Notes under the pieces: generated by a model
Databases searched by the model: none
What the model was told of the DNA's origin: nothing
The model's input: the letters and a program-made list of their open reading frames with translations, nothing else
Shown: piece after piece, positions 1 through 9,445 of the stretch
Position numbering within the stretch: position 1 is the first letter of the stretch
Layout: every line of letters begins with the position of its first letter
Virus record (IMG/VR): IMGVR_UViG_3300046171_000267
Coordinates: 3,698-67,697 of that record
DNA: 64,000 nt
Reading direction: 5' to 3' (one strand)
Origin: a virus
Made by a program: the position numbers and the translations under genes

Positions 1-2
1 CG

Positions 3-2447
3 GTTACAAAATTAGCTATAGATACCAGCGGCAATGTAGGTATTGGTACTACGAGTCCTGACGAGGCATTTCACATTAAAGGTGATGATAAAAGAATGTT
101 CATCGGAAGTGATGATTATAATTTATTTTCCTTAGGAAGGCGAAGCAGTACAGAGCTAGACACGGCTTACCTCAGCATGATGGACGAGGGTGACCAGAAA
201 GTAGTCCTAGACACAAGTGGTGATTCATATTTTAATGGCGGCAATGTAGGTATTGGTACTACGAATCCGCAGCACAAACTTGATATTTCAACAAATGATA
301 CAACTGGGTTGAGGTTGATAAATCCTGATTCCGCAGAAGTAAATCAAAGTAATGACCCGCCAGCAATTTTATTTCAGGCAAACGGATGGGAGTTAAGAGA
401 CGATGGTGATGGATCCAGAGCATATTCAGCTAGAATCAGAGTAAGCTCCAACTACTCAGGTGAATCAGGTCGTGGGAACACACATCCCGTGATGAATTTC
501 GATCTAGAGACGAATGAAAACAATCCTGATGACAATCTAAGTACCAAGATGATGATCAATGCTGATGGCAAGGTAGGTATTGGTACTACGAGTCCTAGTG
601 CGAAGTTGGAAATAAATTCAGGCACAAATGATGCTAATTTACGGCTGGTTTCAACTGATCCGTATGTGGATATTAAAATGTCAGATAATACCACAACTGA
701 TTATGGAGTAAGAATCAGTAACAAAGGAGATGACCTATTACTTCAAAGAGCTGGTGGCCGAGTCGGTATTGGTACTACGAGTCCTAGTGCTACCTTAGAT
801 ATACAGGGAACAGCTAAATTAAATGGTGCTGATCTGGCTACCGTTGATCAATTAGGTGGCGGAGGAATCTGGGCAGAGAATACCAGCGGTGCATATTACA
901 ACGGCAATGTCGGTATTGGTACTACGAGTCCTGATCACCCTTTGGAAATACAAGCCTCTGGAAGTAAATATGGATGTCATATACTTGATGATCAAGGAGG
1001 TAGTTTAGGAGGTCTGTTTATTTCGGAACAAGGTGCTGCTACAGATGGTCTGGAGCTTTATCTTAAGCAACCAAACGGCAATACAAAGATCAGGCTTAGT
1101 TCTGTTGATAATAATCCTACATATTTTAACAGCGGCCGAGTAGGTATTGGTACTACGGATCCTGATAGACTTATGCATCTTGCTTCTAATGCTGCGATAA
1201 TTTGCATAGAAGATACCGCAGGTGCTACAGATGACAAGCGAGCGCAAATTCAGGTTGATGATGGTAAATTTGAAATCAACAGTCGAAAAGATGACAATAG
1301 CAGCAGAACTGACAATATTTTTGTAGCCGATTTAGGCACAGGCCATGTCGGTATTGGTACTACGAGTCCAATATTCACACTAGATGTAGCTAGCGATGCT
1401 ACTTTAGCTTTAGGTTCTAACAGCTCAGGAACAAGAGCAGATAATACAATCAAATCATCAAGGGTGGGAGGTGTCAGATATAATAACGCTAACCCTGTAA
1501 ACATGATGATGCATGTCTCTGATTCAACACAGAACAAGTTGTATTTTGGTTGGGGTACAAGTTCGATGGTTTGTCCTACAAGTATTGTTTTTGGTACAGC
1601 ACCAACAAACAACATATCATCAGCAAATTCCTCTAGTTACCAAAGAATGATCATTGATGGAAATGGTGATGTACTTATCAATAAAGATTTAGAAGTGGTA
1701 GGTAATGTATCAAAGGGTTCTGGAACTTTTAAGATTGATCATCCATTACCTGAGAAATCAGAAACTCATCACTTAGTTCATTCTTTTATTGAAGGCCCAC
1801 AAGCTGACAATATCTATCGAGGTAAGATTGAATTGGTAGCAGGTAAAGCTGAAGTAAATATTGATGCAGTATCTGGAATGACTGAAGGAACTTTTGTTGC
1901 ACTCAATCGTGACATCCAAGTGTTTACATCTAATGAAAATGACTGGGATGCCGTGCGCGGAAAAGTGGAAGGCAATAAATTAATTATTGAATGCCAAAAC
2001 ACTGAGTCTACAGCAACAATCTCATGGTTGGTCATAGGTGAAAGACAGGATGAGCATATTCGTGAATCCAAAATTACTGATGACAATGGTAAGCTTATTG
2101 TCGAGCCACTTAAACCTGAGCCTGAGCCTGAGTACGAGGAGGTAGAACCTGTCGTAGAAGAGGTTACAGAAGAACCAGTAGCTGAGGAAGCACCTGAGCC
2201 TCAAGCAGTCGAGGAGCCACAACCTGAGCCACAAGAGATAGCACAAGTATCCTTGGGGCAGGTAAGTTTGGGACAAGTATCTGTAGGGCAGGTAAGTTTA
2301 TCGGAGTCACCTCTTGATGAAATCAAGGAAATCCGTGCAGAGGACGGTAAGGAGTATATCAGGATAGGTGATAAGGACTACGAGGTATTAGGAGAGAATG
2401 AAGACGGATCATTGATCTTAGATGACGATGTAACCAACAACGGGTAA
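3..2447 (+). CDS. Tail fibre / receptor-binding protein with repeated GxVGIGTTSP modules and C-terminal chaperone-like domain (5' end outside window)
   Basis: Frame is open from base 3 (VTKLAIDTSGNVGIGTTSP). Seven GxVGIGTTxP repeats; C-terminal KGSGTFKIDHP...HSFIEGP...WLVIGERQD block typical of phage fibres; Glu/Pro-rich tail. Confidence 0.85.
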   Translation, partial: VTKLAIDTSGNVGIGTTSPDEAFHIKGDDKRMFIGSDDYNLFSLGRRSSTELDTAYLSMMDEGDQKVVLDTSGDSYFNGGNVGIGTTNPQHKLDISTNDTTGLRLINPDSAEVNQSNDPPAILFQANGWELRDDGDGSRAYSARIRVSSNYSGESGRGNTHPVMNFDLETNENNPDDNLSTKMMINADGKVGIGTTSPSAKLEINSGTNDANLRLVSTDPYVDIKMSDNTTTDYGVRISNKGDDLLLQRAGGRVGIGTTSPSATLDIQGTAKLNGADLATVDQLGGGGIWAENTSGAYYNGNVGIGTTSPDHPLEIQASGSKYGCHILDDQGGSLGGLFISEQGAATDGLELYLKQPNGNTKIRLSSVDNNPTYFNSGRVGIGTTDPDRLMHLASNAAIICIEDTAGATDDKRAQIQVDDGKFEINSRKDDNSSRTDNIFVADLGTGHVGIGTTSPIFTLDVASDATLALGSNSSGTRADNTIKSSRVGGVRYNNANPVNMMMHVSDSTQNKLYFGWGTSSMVCPTSIVFGTAPTNNISSANSSSYQRMIIDGNGDVLINKDLEVVGNVSKGSGTFKIDHPLPEKSETHHLVHSFIEGPQADNIYRGKIELVAGKAEVNIDAVSGMTEGTFVALNRDIQVFTSNENDWDAVRGKVEGNKLIIECQNTESTATISWLVIGERQDEHIRESKITDDNGKLIVEPLKPEPEPEYEEVEPVVEEVTEEPVAEEAPEPQAVEEPQPEPQEIAQVSLGQVSLGQVSVGQVSLSESPLDEIKEIRAEDGKEYIRIGDKDYEVLGENEDGSLILDDDVTNNG
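39..1364 (+). repeat. Seven identical 15-bp in-frame repeats GGTATTGGTACTACG
   Basis: Copies start at 39, 249, 576, 765, 912, 1143 and 1350; spacings 210/327/189/147/231/207 are all multiples of 3. Confidence 0.95.
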
Positions 2448-2448
2448 G

Positions 2449-5400
2449 ATGGCTCTTTCAGCAGAGTTTATAGAGTGGTCAAAAACAGGTACCGCCAAGG
2501 ATTTACTCGGTAAAGAGATTTACGACTGGAGTGTCTATGGTGGTAGCTATCCTAGCAAGACTCTGCATGACCAGCTAATATTCATTGCCTCTAGAATGGC
2601 AGGGGGCAGCGGAACTTTAAATTCAGGTTATGGTTTACATAATATCAACACTGATATGATTCCTAATATTAAGGAAATAGAGGAATCATATATAAATAGC
2701 ACAAGAAGATCAACTAGGATGTCTGATTACACAGGAGAGCAAAACCTCAGTGAATATGAGGGTAACCATTATGTAGGTACAATTAAGGATGGTAAATTTA
2801 CAGTTGATACGAATATGCAAAAGCAGTACGCAGATGGACGGGTATTGCCAGAAAATGCTTATTTAGCTACAGTTGTAAATGGCAAGTTTCAGCTTGATAA
2901 TAGATTGTACACAGTAGGTGAGGAGCAAATCCTGCAGACTGTTGTAGGGGATGGAGTAGAAAAACAAAAAGTTCCCTATGAATTTGTCGCTGATGACTTA
3001 GAGTTCACAGGCAAAGTCCGTTTGGGATATACAAATAAAAGTCCAATTAATTCCAATCTAGAGGTTATTGCATTAAAGGTTAAAGACGGTGATTCAACTT
3101 TCGTAGGTTATGATATGGTGATCCAGCCTGCTGACCCAATGTCCTTGATAACTACTAATGAAAGTGGTGAGACAGTAGTGGATTATACAAAGGCAGAGGA
3201 TTCAGTGCTTATAGAAAATGACGGTAAAATTTTATACGGGAAGATAAGTGATTCTGTAGGTGATCAAATACAATTATATACCCAGAAAACAGGAAAAATT
3301 TCTTTTGCAGATAATATGTTTTTATGGGATGGGGAGCCTATAGGAGAGGATTCAATAGAAGAGCTTATTTTCCACGATAAAAACGACTACATCACATTGT
3401 CATCAATTGATATTCAGGAAGACAGATACAAGGATTACAATGTAGGAGATGTAGTCCCAAAGAATGGGTGGAATGTTGAAATTACCAATGGAGACCTCGA
3501 TTACTTTTTCGAAAGTCCGAACATCTTTGAGAACCCTGAAGATTCAGCTGCTGGTGTGTGGAGGTTTAGCCTTTTACATAAATGGCATTATCTTGCAAAT
3601 GACAGAGATGGTGACGGAAACCGCCTGATATTCAAGGAGGATACTGGTTGGCTGACTGAGGTTAAAAGAGAAAGTGACGGTGCTAATTTTTTATACAGTC
3701 ATAATGATGATTCTTGGACTTACTATGATCTAACTCCAGAAGGTACTGCTAAAGTATGGGAGGCTACTGAAGACGGTAAGTGGGAGGTCAAAGAAGCGTC
3801 AACTTCTACAAATGATAATGCTAGTTCCGATGCTAGTAATGACGCTAGTTCCGATGCTAGTTCTGTTAATACAGAAGGCTGGTTCTCACAACAGGTCGCA
3901 GATGGCACATATACTGTTTATGATCCTGATGGGAATATATACAGCACAGGAAATTTGACTGAAGAGGAAGCAGAATACGAAATCAATGTGGGGGCAATGA
4001 GTGGCAACCAAGAAAAAGCGACAAAGACTGTTACTCCTGTGGGAGATGGTGATAACACTGGTGAAACTGATAACACTGATGGCACTGGTGACGCTGGTGA
4101 TCTTACTGAGACAACAGAAGAGATAACTGATATGCAGGGTGTTTTAGATCAGTATATTGAAGACCTTGCTAGTGGAATGAGTGAAAGCGAGGCGCAAATT
4201 AAGCGAGATGATGCGATTCTAGCTATATTGCAATCTGAAGGTGTCAATCCTGAAGATGGAGAACAAACTCCCTACAGACCTTGGAATCCTATTTCAAATA
4301 CAGCAGGTCAAACAATAACAGATCAGAGTGCTGCCACAGCAACAGCAGTCTCAAATGCATTGTCTTTTGCTCAAGATAATATGTCTCTTGGCATGAAGGG
4401 ATTATCTTCTGCTTGGGATGCTACTTTAGGTAAACTTGGAGTAAATAATCCATTTAAGTGGCTACAGAAAAACACAGCAGCTTATCGAGCTCTAGAGGAA
4501 AGAATAAACTCTGCTGTAAATGCAAATGTTCTCGCAAAGATACAAGCAAAGGAGACAAATCTAGGTAACACCTTGTATGAGCTTCAACTCGACGGCTACC
4601 CCATAATCAATCCAGAAGGTGACATTTATGATCAAACCTTCTATATGATTCAGAAGCCTTACTTGCAGGCTCCTGATGGTTCCTATTTGATTGGCGAAGA
4701 CGGTAAACCTTTAGTAAATCCAGACTATAGAGAAGACTTATCTATCTACTATACAAAGGTTGGCCCTGATGGAATTGGGGGAACATCAGATGATATAACA
4801 TCAGCTTTTTCTAAGTCTAACATTTTACCATTCCAGTTTAAAAGGCAGGAAGGTGAGCTAATGGATGACATAGGTTCTAAGCTTGATGCTGTCATTGAGA
4901 ACAGTGTGAAGCCTACGAAGTTTTTTGATGCACAAGGGAATGAAGTAGATGCGGGTACTGAAGGTGCTATAGGTCTTAGTCGAGATGACCAAATCTTTAA
5001 TCAACAGATGCAAGCCCTGAAGGACAAAAACCTGATTAAGGGTACAGCGGGTGCGGATGGTATTTTTGGAACAGCCGACGATACACTAGATGACGCTGGC
5101 CCAGACGGCATTCTAGGCACAGAGGATGATCCTAAGTCGATCCTTGAGCAGCTTTCTGATGACATCACAACATATGAGTATGGAGATATTAATACCGCAG
5201 GTAGTAGAGATAGGCTTCAGAGTGACTACAAAAACGAGAGAAGAAGACTTGTGGATAGAAGGAATGCTTTAGAGGAATTAGGAACTTTTGAAAATATGTC
5301 TCGTAAAGCCGATGCCTACAATGCACTCGGTCAGGCTGGGCAAAATGTGATTGATACAAGAAATAATAATTTCAAGCGTTTGGCTAAGCAAAAACTGTTT

Positions 5401-5697
5401 GGCGGTTCAATCAGTATGGATGACCTTAAAGAGTCTTCCACGCAAAGACCACAAGCTTCAGATCAGCCATTATCATTTAACTTGTTTGGTAATGATTTTC
5501 AGTTTGGATCAGGATCAAGTTTAGACCCGCTGGCAGTAGTTAACAAGCTTGGTAATTATCGTGAGGGGCAGGAGTTGGATTACGATTTAGAGGATGTTAA
5601 GCAATCAATTATGTCAAAAATTGCTGACAATAATTCTTTTTCTAAAAACTTTAATTACAAAATTGGGGAAAAAATACCCACAGGCGCAGGAGGATAA
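2449..5697 (+). CDS. Large acidic virion/ejection protein (hypothetical), three G[PA]DGIxGTxDD motifs
   Basis: 1082-aa ORF in the structural operon; acidic low-complexity linkers; GPDGIGGTSDD, GADGIFGTADD, GPDGILGTEDD. Confidence 0.6.
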   Translation: MALSAEFIEWSKTGTAKDLLGKEIYDWSVYGGSYPSKTLHDQLIFIASRMAGGSGTLNSGYGLHNINTDMIPNIKEIEESYINSTRRSTRMSDYTGEQNLSEYEGNHYVGTIKDGKFTVDTNMQKQYADGRVLPENAYLATVVNGKFQLDNRLYTVGEEQILQTVVGDGVEKQKVPYEFVADDLEFTGKVRLGYTNKSPINSNLEVIALKVKDGDSTFVGYDMVIQPADPMSLITTNESGETVVDYTKAEDSVLIENDGKILYGKISDSVGDQIQLYTQKTGKISFADNMFLWDGEPIGEDSIEELIFHDKNDYITLSSIDIQEDRYKDYNVGDVVPKNGWNVEITNGDLDYFFESPNIFENPEDSAAGVWRFSLLHKWHYLANDRDGDGNRLIFKEDTGWLTEVKRESDGANFLYSHNDDSWTYYDLTPEGTAKVWEATEDGKWEVKEASTSTNDNASSDASNDASSDASSVNTEGWFSQQVADGTYTVYDPDGNIYSTGNLTEEEAEYEINVGAMSGNQEKATKTVTPVGDGDNTGETDNTDGTGDAGDLTETTEEITDMQGVLDQYIEDLASGMSESEAQIKRDDAILAILQSEGVNPEDGEQTPYRPWNPISNTAGQTITDQSAATATAVSNALSFAQDNMSLGMKGLSSAWDATLGKLGVNNPFKWLQKNTAAYRALEERINSAVNANVLAKIQAKETNLGNTLYELQLDGYPIINPEGDIYDQTFYMIQKPYLQAPDGSYLIGEDGKPLVNPDYREDLSIYYTKVGPDGIGGTSDDITSAFSKSNILPFQFKRQEGELMDDIGSKLDAVIENSVKPTKFFDAQGNEVDAGTEGAIGLSRDDQIFNQQMQALKDKNLIKGTAGADGIFGTADDTLDDAGPDGILGTEDDPKSILEQLSDDITTYEYGDINTAGSRDRLQSDYKNERRRLVDRRNALEELGTFENMSRKADAYNALGQAGQNVIDTRNNNFKRLAKQKLFGGSISMDDLKESSTQRPQASDQPLSFNLFGNDFQFGSGSSLDPLAVVNKLGNYREGQELDYDLEDVKQSIMSKIADNNSFSKNFNYKIGEKIPTGAGG
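3810..3864 (+). repeat. 12-bp tandem coding repeat (DASS/DASN linker)
   Basis: aatgctagttcc gatgctagtaat gacgctagttcc gatgctagttct. Confidence 0.8.
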
Positions 5698-5698
5698 A

Positions 5699-7711
5699 AT
5701 GTTAGGAGGTAGCAGGAGAGCAGGAAAACTAAACACCTTCATGGATGATTATGATGGTGCTAATTACTTTAAAACTGACGATCAAAAAAATGACTATTTA
5801 GCAAGTAGGGGTTTTGATCCAAATTCAAATGCTGGAAAATTATACTCGGGCGGTTTTGATAAGGCTAAAAAAGCAAAGGAAGATTACATAACAGATTACG
5901 ATTTTTCTAAGTTTGGCGAAGACGGCTTGGGAGATGATTTTTTTACTGGCTTTAATAAAGCAGGGGAAGATGCTTTTGCTAACTTCATAAATGATCAAAA
6001 AGGTATTTATGACTTTTCTGGAAGGAATCAATACTTCCTAGCCAATAATGAAGATGGATTTACAATGTCAGCAGGTGGTGGAAAGAATTATGAAGCTTAT
6101 GTGAAAAATAATCCTGATCTGCTGCAGAGCTATAACACAGCAAAAATGGGAGGCGACACAAGAACTCTTGCTGAATTTGGAAAGGAACATTACGAAACTT
6201 TCGGCAAAGATGAGGGCAGGCAAATATCAAATAATTATGCGTTATTTCAGGATGGAGTTTATGTAGGAGAAAACGCTGATTTAAATCAACTTTACCAAGA
6301 CTTCCTACCAAACTATTCCGAGTACTTTACCAATCCATACGAAAATGAAGGGTTTGGAACAATAGCTGGGTTTTATAATGATGGCATTGCAGTGCCAGAA
6401 TCAGACACACCTGCATTAGATGAGTTAAATTCTGGTAACTACGGCAGGCAAGCTGGCCCAGACGGTATCATGAACACGGATGATGATATCATAAATGCAC
6501 CTGATCCTTTTCTGGTAAACAAGGCAATGTACGAAGAGGAAGGGAAGGACTTGGATAAACGAGTAGAGATGTCCACAAAGAATGCCCTAGAGTTCAAGGA
6601 CGCAGTTGAACTACTTGGAACAACACAAAAGTCATCACTTGATACTGCTGCGGATACACTTGCCACAGAATCAGATGCCGCTGCTACGACATTAGCAAAT
6701 GCGCAGAAGCTAAATGCTAATAATAAATATCGTGACATCACAGATGCATTGAGGGGAGACACGCTTGGTGCAATGCGAGCAGGTCGCTTTGGAACTAATA
6801 ATGCTACAGACAGACTTTTAGTTGATGCGGTAGCAAGAGCTGCTTCAGATAAAGCGGGTGTGTTAGGCGACATAGACGAAGCCCTTGCAGAAGATAAGTT
6901 TGGTAATGAAATGGCCAAAATTACGACCAAGTTTAACAACGCAAATAGTCTTACTAATCTTAAGATGGAACTTGGCGAAGGGTACAATCGTGAGATTCAG
7001 ACGCTAAAAGATATGGTAGCAGAAAAAGTCGGTTCGACTCCTGATGAGACCGATTATCTGATGGGACTAGTAGAAGACACAGCTGCTATTGCAGCGCTTA
7101 AAGGTGAGTTAGACTTAAAGAACGCACAGGATACTGTCACATTTATGAACCAAGTGCTTGATAAATTTTTGTCAGACCCGACATCAATAGCAAGTGCATC
7201 TACCCAGAATCAAACTGATCTTGATAATCTTGATACTGATTTGGTTGATTTTGTTGATCGACTAAATACAAAATACGCTAATGCCCCTGAGGTGATCGAG
7301 ATGATTGAGCTTGTTAATTCTTACGACACGCTTGACACCTCGCAAAAAAGAAAATTGTTTGAAACTATTGAACTTGTGGGGGCAACACAGGCTGGACTTG
7401 GTAGTGGTTCTGATGCAGTAACCAAGACAGTATCGCCACAACTTAAAGATGCTTCTAATGCCGCAGTAGGCTATTCGCAATCACAAGGACTTGGTGACCA
7501 GTTTGATATTTCCGTTGGTTCTATTTTCTCAGGAATTGCCGCAATCAGAGACAATAAACCAGTAGCAGATGTTGCGAATGCGTTTGGTCTTAAACAGGGA
7601 AGTGAGGGCGATCAGTTGATTCGAGGTATTTCAGACTTGCTTTCCGATGATGATACTGAGGAGGAGGCCAAAGATAAAATCTGTTCAATCGATGGGATAA
7701 ATTGTACATGA
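5699..7711 (+). CDS. Putative internal virion/DNA ejection protein with YxxNNPDL...HYxxFGxxEGR motif
   Basis: Likely ATG at 5699 immediately after the upstream stop; helical Ala-rich middle; YVKNNPDL...EHYETFGKDEGR motif. Confidence 0.55.
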   Translation: MLGGSRRAGKLNTFMDDYDGANYFKTDDQKNDYLASRGFDPNSNAGKLYSGGFDKAKKAKEDYITDYDFSKFGEDGLGDDFFTGFNKAGEDAFANFINDQKGIYDFSGRNQYFLANNEDGFTMSAGGGKNYEAYVKNNPDLLQSYNTAKMGGDTRTLAEFGKEHYETFGKDEGRQISNNYALFQDGVYVGENADLNQLYQDFLPNYSEYFTNPYENEGFGTIAGFYNDGIAVPESDTPALDELNSGNYGRQAGPDGIMNTDDDIINAPDPFLVNKAMYEEEGKDLDKRVEMSTKNALEFKDAVELLGTTQKSSLDTAADTLATESDAAATTLANAQKLNANNKYRDITDALRGDTLGAMRAGRFGTNNATDRLLVDAVARAASDKAGVLGDIDEALAEDKFGNEMAKITTKFNNANSLTNLKMELGEGYNREIQTLKDMVAEKVGSTPDETDYLMGLVEDTAAIAALKGELDLKNAQDTVTFMNQVLDKFLSDPTSIASASTQNQTDLDNLDTDLVDFVDRLNTKYANAPEVIEMIELVNSYDTLDTSQKRKLFETIELVGATQAGLGSGSDAVTKTVSPQLKDASNAAVGYSQSQGLGDQFDISVGSIFSGIAAIRDNKPVADVANAFGLKQGSEGDQLIRGISDLLSDDDTEEEAKDKICSIDGINCT

Positions 7712-9444
7712 GAGCCAGACTACAAGGATTAGCACCAAGGGGTGAGTTTAAAAGCCCTTATGATATTAAGGCGAGAGTTACCCGTAACCAAGCTCGTGGC
7801 CCTTCGAATAATGAGCAAATCAAAGCTGACACCAGTGTTCTTGACGGTATTTTAGCTGCAGAGAGAGCAGACAAGTATGCAGCCAAGGCAGATAACAGAA
7901 GAGCCGAAATTAATATGGCTCTCAAAGAGTATGATAATAATCTTCGCAAAGACCTTGAGAGATTCAAGTTTGAAAACCTTGGCGGAGAAGAACAGCTTAA
8001 GATTAAAAAATCTCAGCTTAAATCTAGTTTAGCACAGTTTGCTCTCTATGCATCAGATAGAGTCCGTGACTTGATGGATGATAAGTCAGAAACTAATAGA
8101 CTAGTCCGAGTAAGAGAAGAAGGTGAGAAGCTGGAGGAGCGAGCAGAGCAGTATTTGGCAGAGTTAAATGAATTAGTAAACGCAGAAGTACTAAGTGCAA
8201 TTACGACTTCTGTTGATCAAGATATACAGGATTATATAGGAAGAAAACTGCCTTCTGCTCAGGATGAATTATCTCCATCGCAACAAGAGGAATTGATAAG
8301 AATGTTTGGTTCAAGGTTTAGACCTAACATCGAAACTAAATATGAGGGTACTAAAAAAGAGGTCATGCGGATGCAGATTAAGGCTTCAGAGCTTAAAACT
8401 GAAGGACTTACTGAGCAGGCGGCAAGTCAACTTATTTTAGAATTAGACAGTCAGCTTAAGCCGTTAAGAAGGATGGCGAGTAATTTCTTTGATGAAGTTC
8501 AGGATGACAACATGAATAGGCAAGTTCCGAAAAGTTCACCACCGCCTGCTCCTACAACATCACCGAATACTGAACCACCGCCTCTTCCAGCGAATAATCC
8601 TTTAGGAACAAACGCTCCTACTGGTAATACTGTTGAGGAAAAAGTTAACCCACTAGACGGCATAACACCAGACGAAGGAGAAGCACCAGACGAAGGAGAA
8701 AGTAAACCCGTAGTGCAAACGGTGCCTGCTAGACCCACGACTAAAAGGCGTGGTAGACAAGGAAACCTAAAGCAAACAGGTGCAGCTAAAAGACCCCCTA
8801 ATATACTTTCCCGTATCGCAGGAAGTTTCTCAGGTAACAATAAAAACCAAGATTCTATACTTCGCGACAGAATTGCTTTGCAAAAAGAAGCAGAGAAATA
8901 TGGCATACCTTTTACAACTTCTGCAGAGGTTCGTAGAAAGTTGGCAGAGCTTGATTCAGCACCGCTTGAAGCCTCAGCGGGTGAGGATGTAGTCGAACAG
9001 CCCCCGACTCCACCTGCTATTGAGGAACCTTTGCAAGCAGCACCCACTCAGCCACCAAGAGCCGAACAGGCTCCAAGCCTTCCAGATGTTGATCTTTTAA
9101 GCAGAGTATCAGCTCGTGAAGATGGCCCAATGTTTTCAGTCTACGACAAGCCACCGCCAACAAAGATGCTACCAGTCTCTCAGTATGGAAATGCAGATCG
9201 TCAGGCTATGAGAAATTTTCAAGGGCAGAATGTGATTCCTGTGAATGCTGTGCAAACCTTGCCAGATGGGACTACTGCAGGTTTTAGGGCGTTAGCCATT
9301 GATTCTAATGGTGATGGTAACCCTGATAAAATTTTGGACATTATAGATCAACCTAGATTTACGAATCCTAAAGGACAAAGAATAGACCAACAGTATAATA
9401 GCCCTGAAATGTTAAATGCATTAAGGGGGAGTTTAGGCATATGA
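7708..9444 (+). CDS. Hypothetical virion protein (coiled-coil plus Pro-rich)
   Basis: ATGA overlap with upstream stop; coiled-coil N-half, Pro-rich C-half. Confidence 0.55.
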   Translation: MRARLQGLAPRGEFKSPYDIKARVTRNQARGPSNNEQIKADTSVLDGILAAERADKYAAKADNRRAEINMALKEYDNNLRKDLERFKFENLGGEEQLKIKKSQLKSSLAQFALYASDRVRDLMDDKSETNRLVRVREEGEKLEERAEQYLAELNELVNAEVLSAITTSVDQDIQDYIGRKLPSAQDELSPSQQEELIRMFGSRFRPNIETKYEGTKKEVMRMQIKASELKTEGLTEQAASQLILELDSQLKPLRRMASNFFDEVQDDNMNRQVPKSSPPPAPTTSPNTEPPPLPANNPLGTNAPTGNTVEEKVNPLDGITPDEGEAPDEGESKPVVQTVPARPTTKRRGRQGNLKQTGAAKRPPNILSRIAGSFSGNNKNQDSILRDRIALQKEAEKYGIPFTTSAEVRRKLAELDSAPLEASAGEDVVEQPPTPPAIEEPLQAAPTQPPRAEQAPSLPDVDLLSRVSAREDGPMFSVYDKPPPTKMLPVSQYGNADRQAMRNFQGQNVIPVNAVQTLPDGTTAGFRALAIDSNGDGNPDKILDIIDQPRFTNPKGQRIDQQYNSPEMLNALRGSLGI

Positions 9445-9445
9445 T

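Noticed and set aside
39-1364. Regularly recurring repeats as a CRISPR array
   Set aside because: Spacers are 130-310 bp, variable and in-frame within a protein; no cas operon (the Cas4-like gene sits in a recombination module)
1-2447. Diversity-generating retroelement acting on the tail fibre
   Set aside because: No reverse transcriptase and no TR/VR pair in the window
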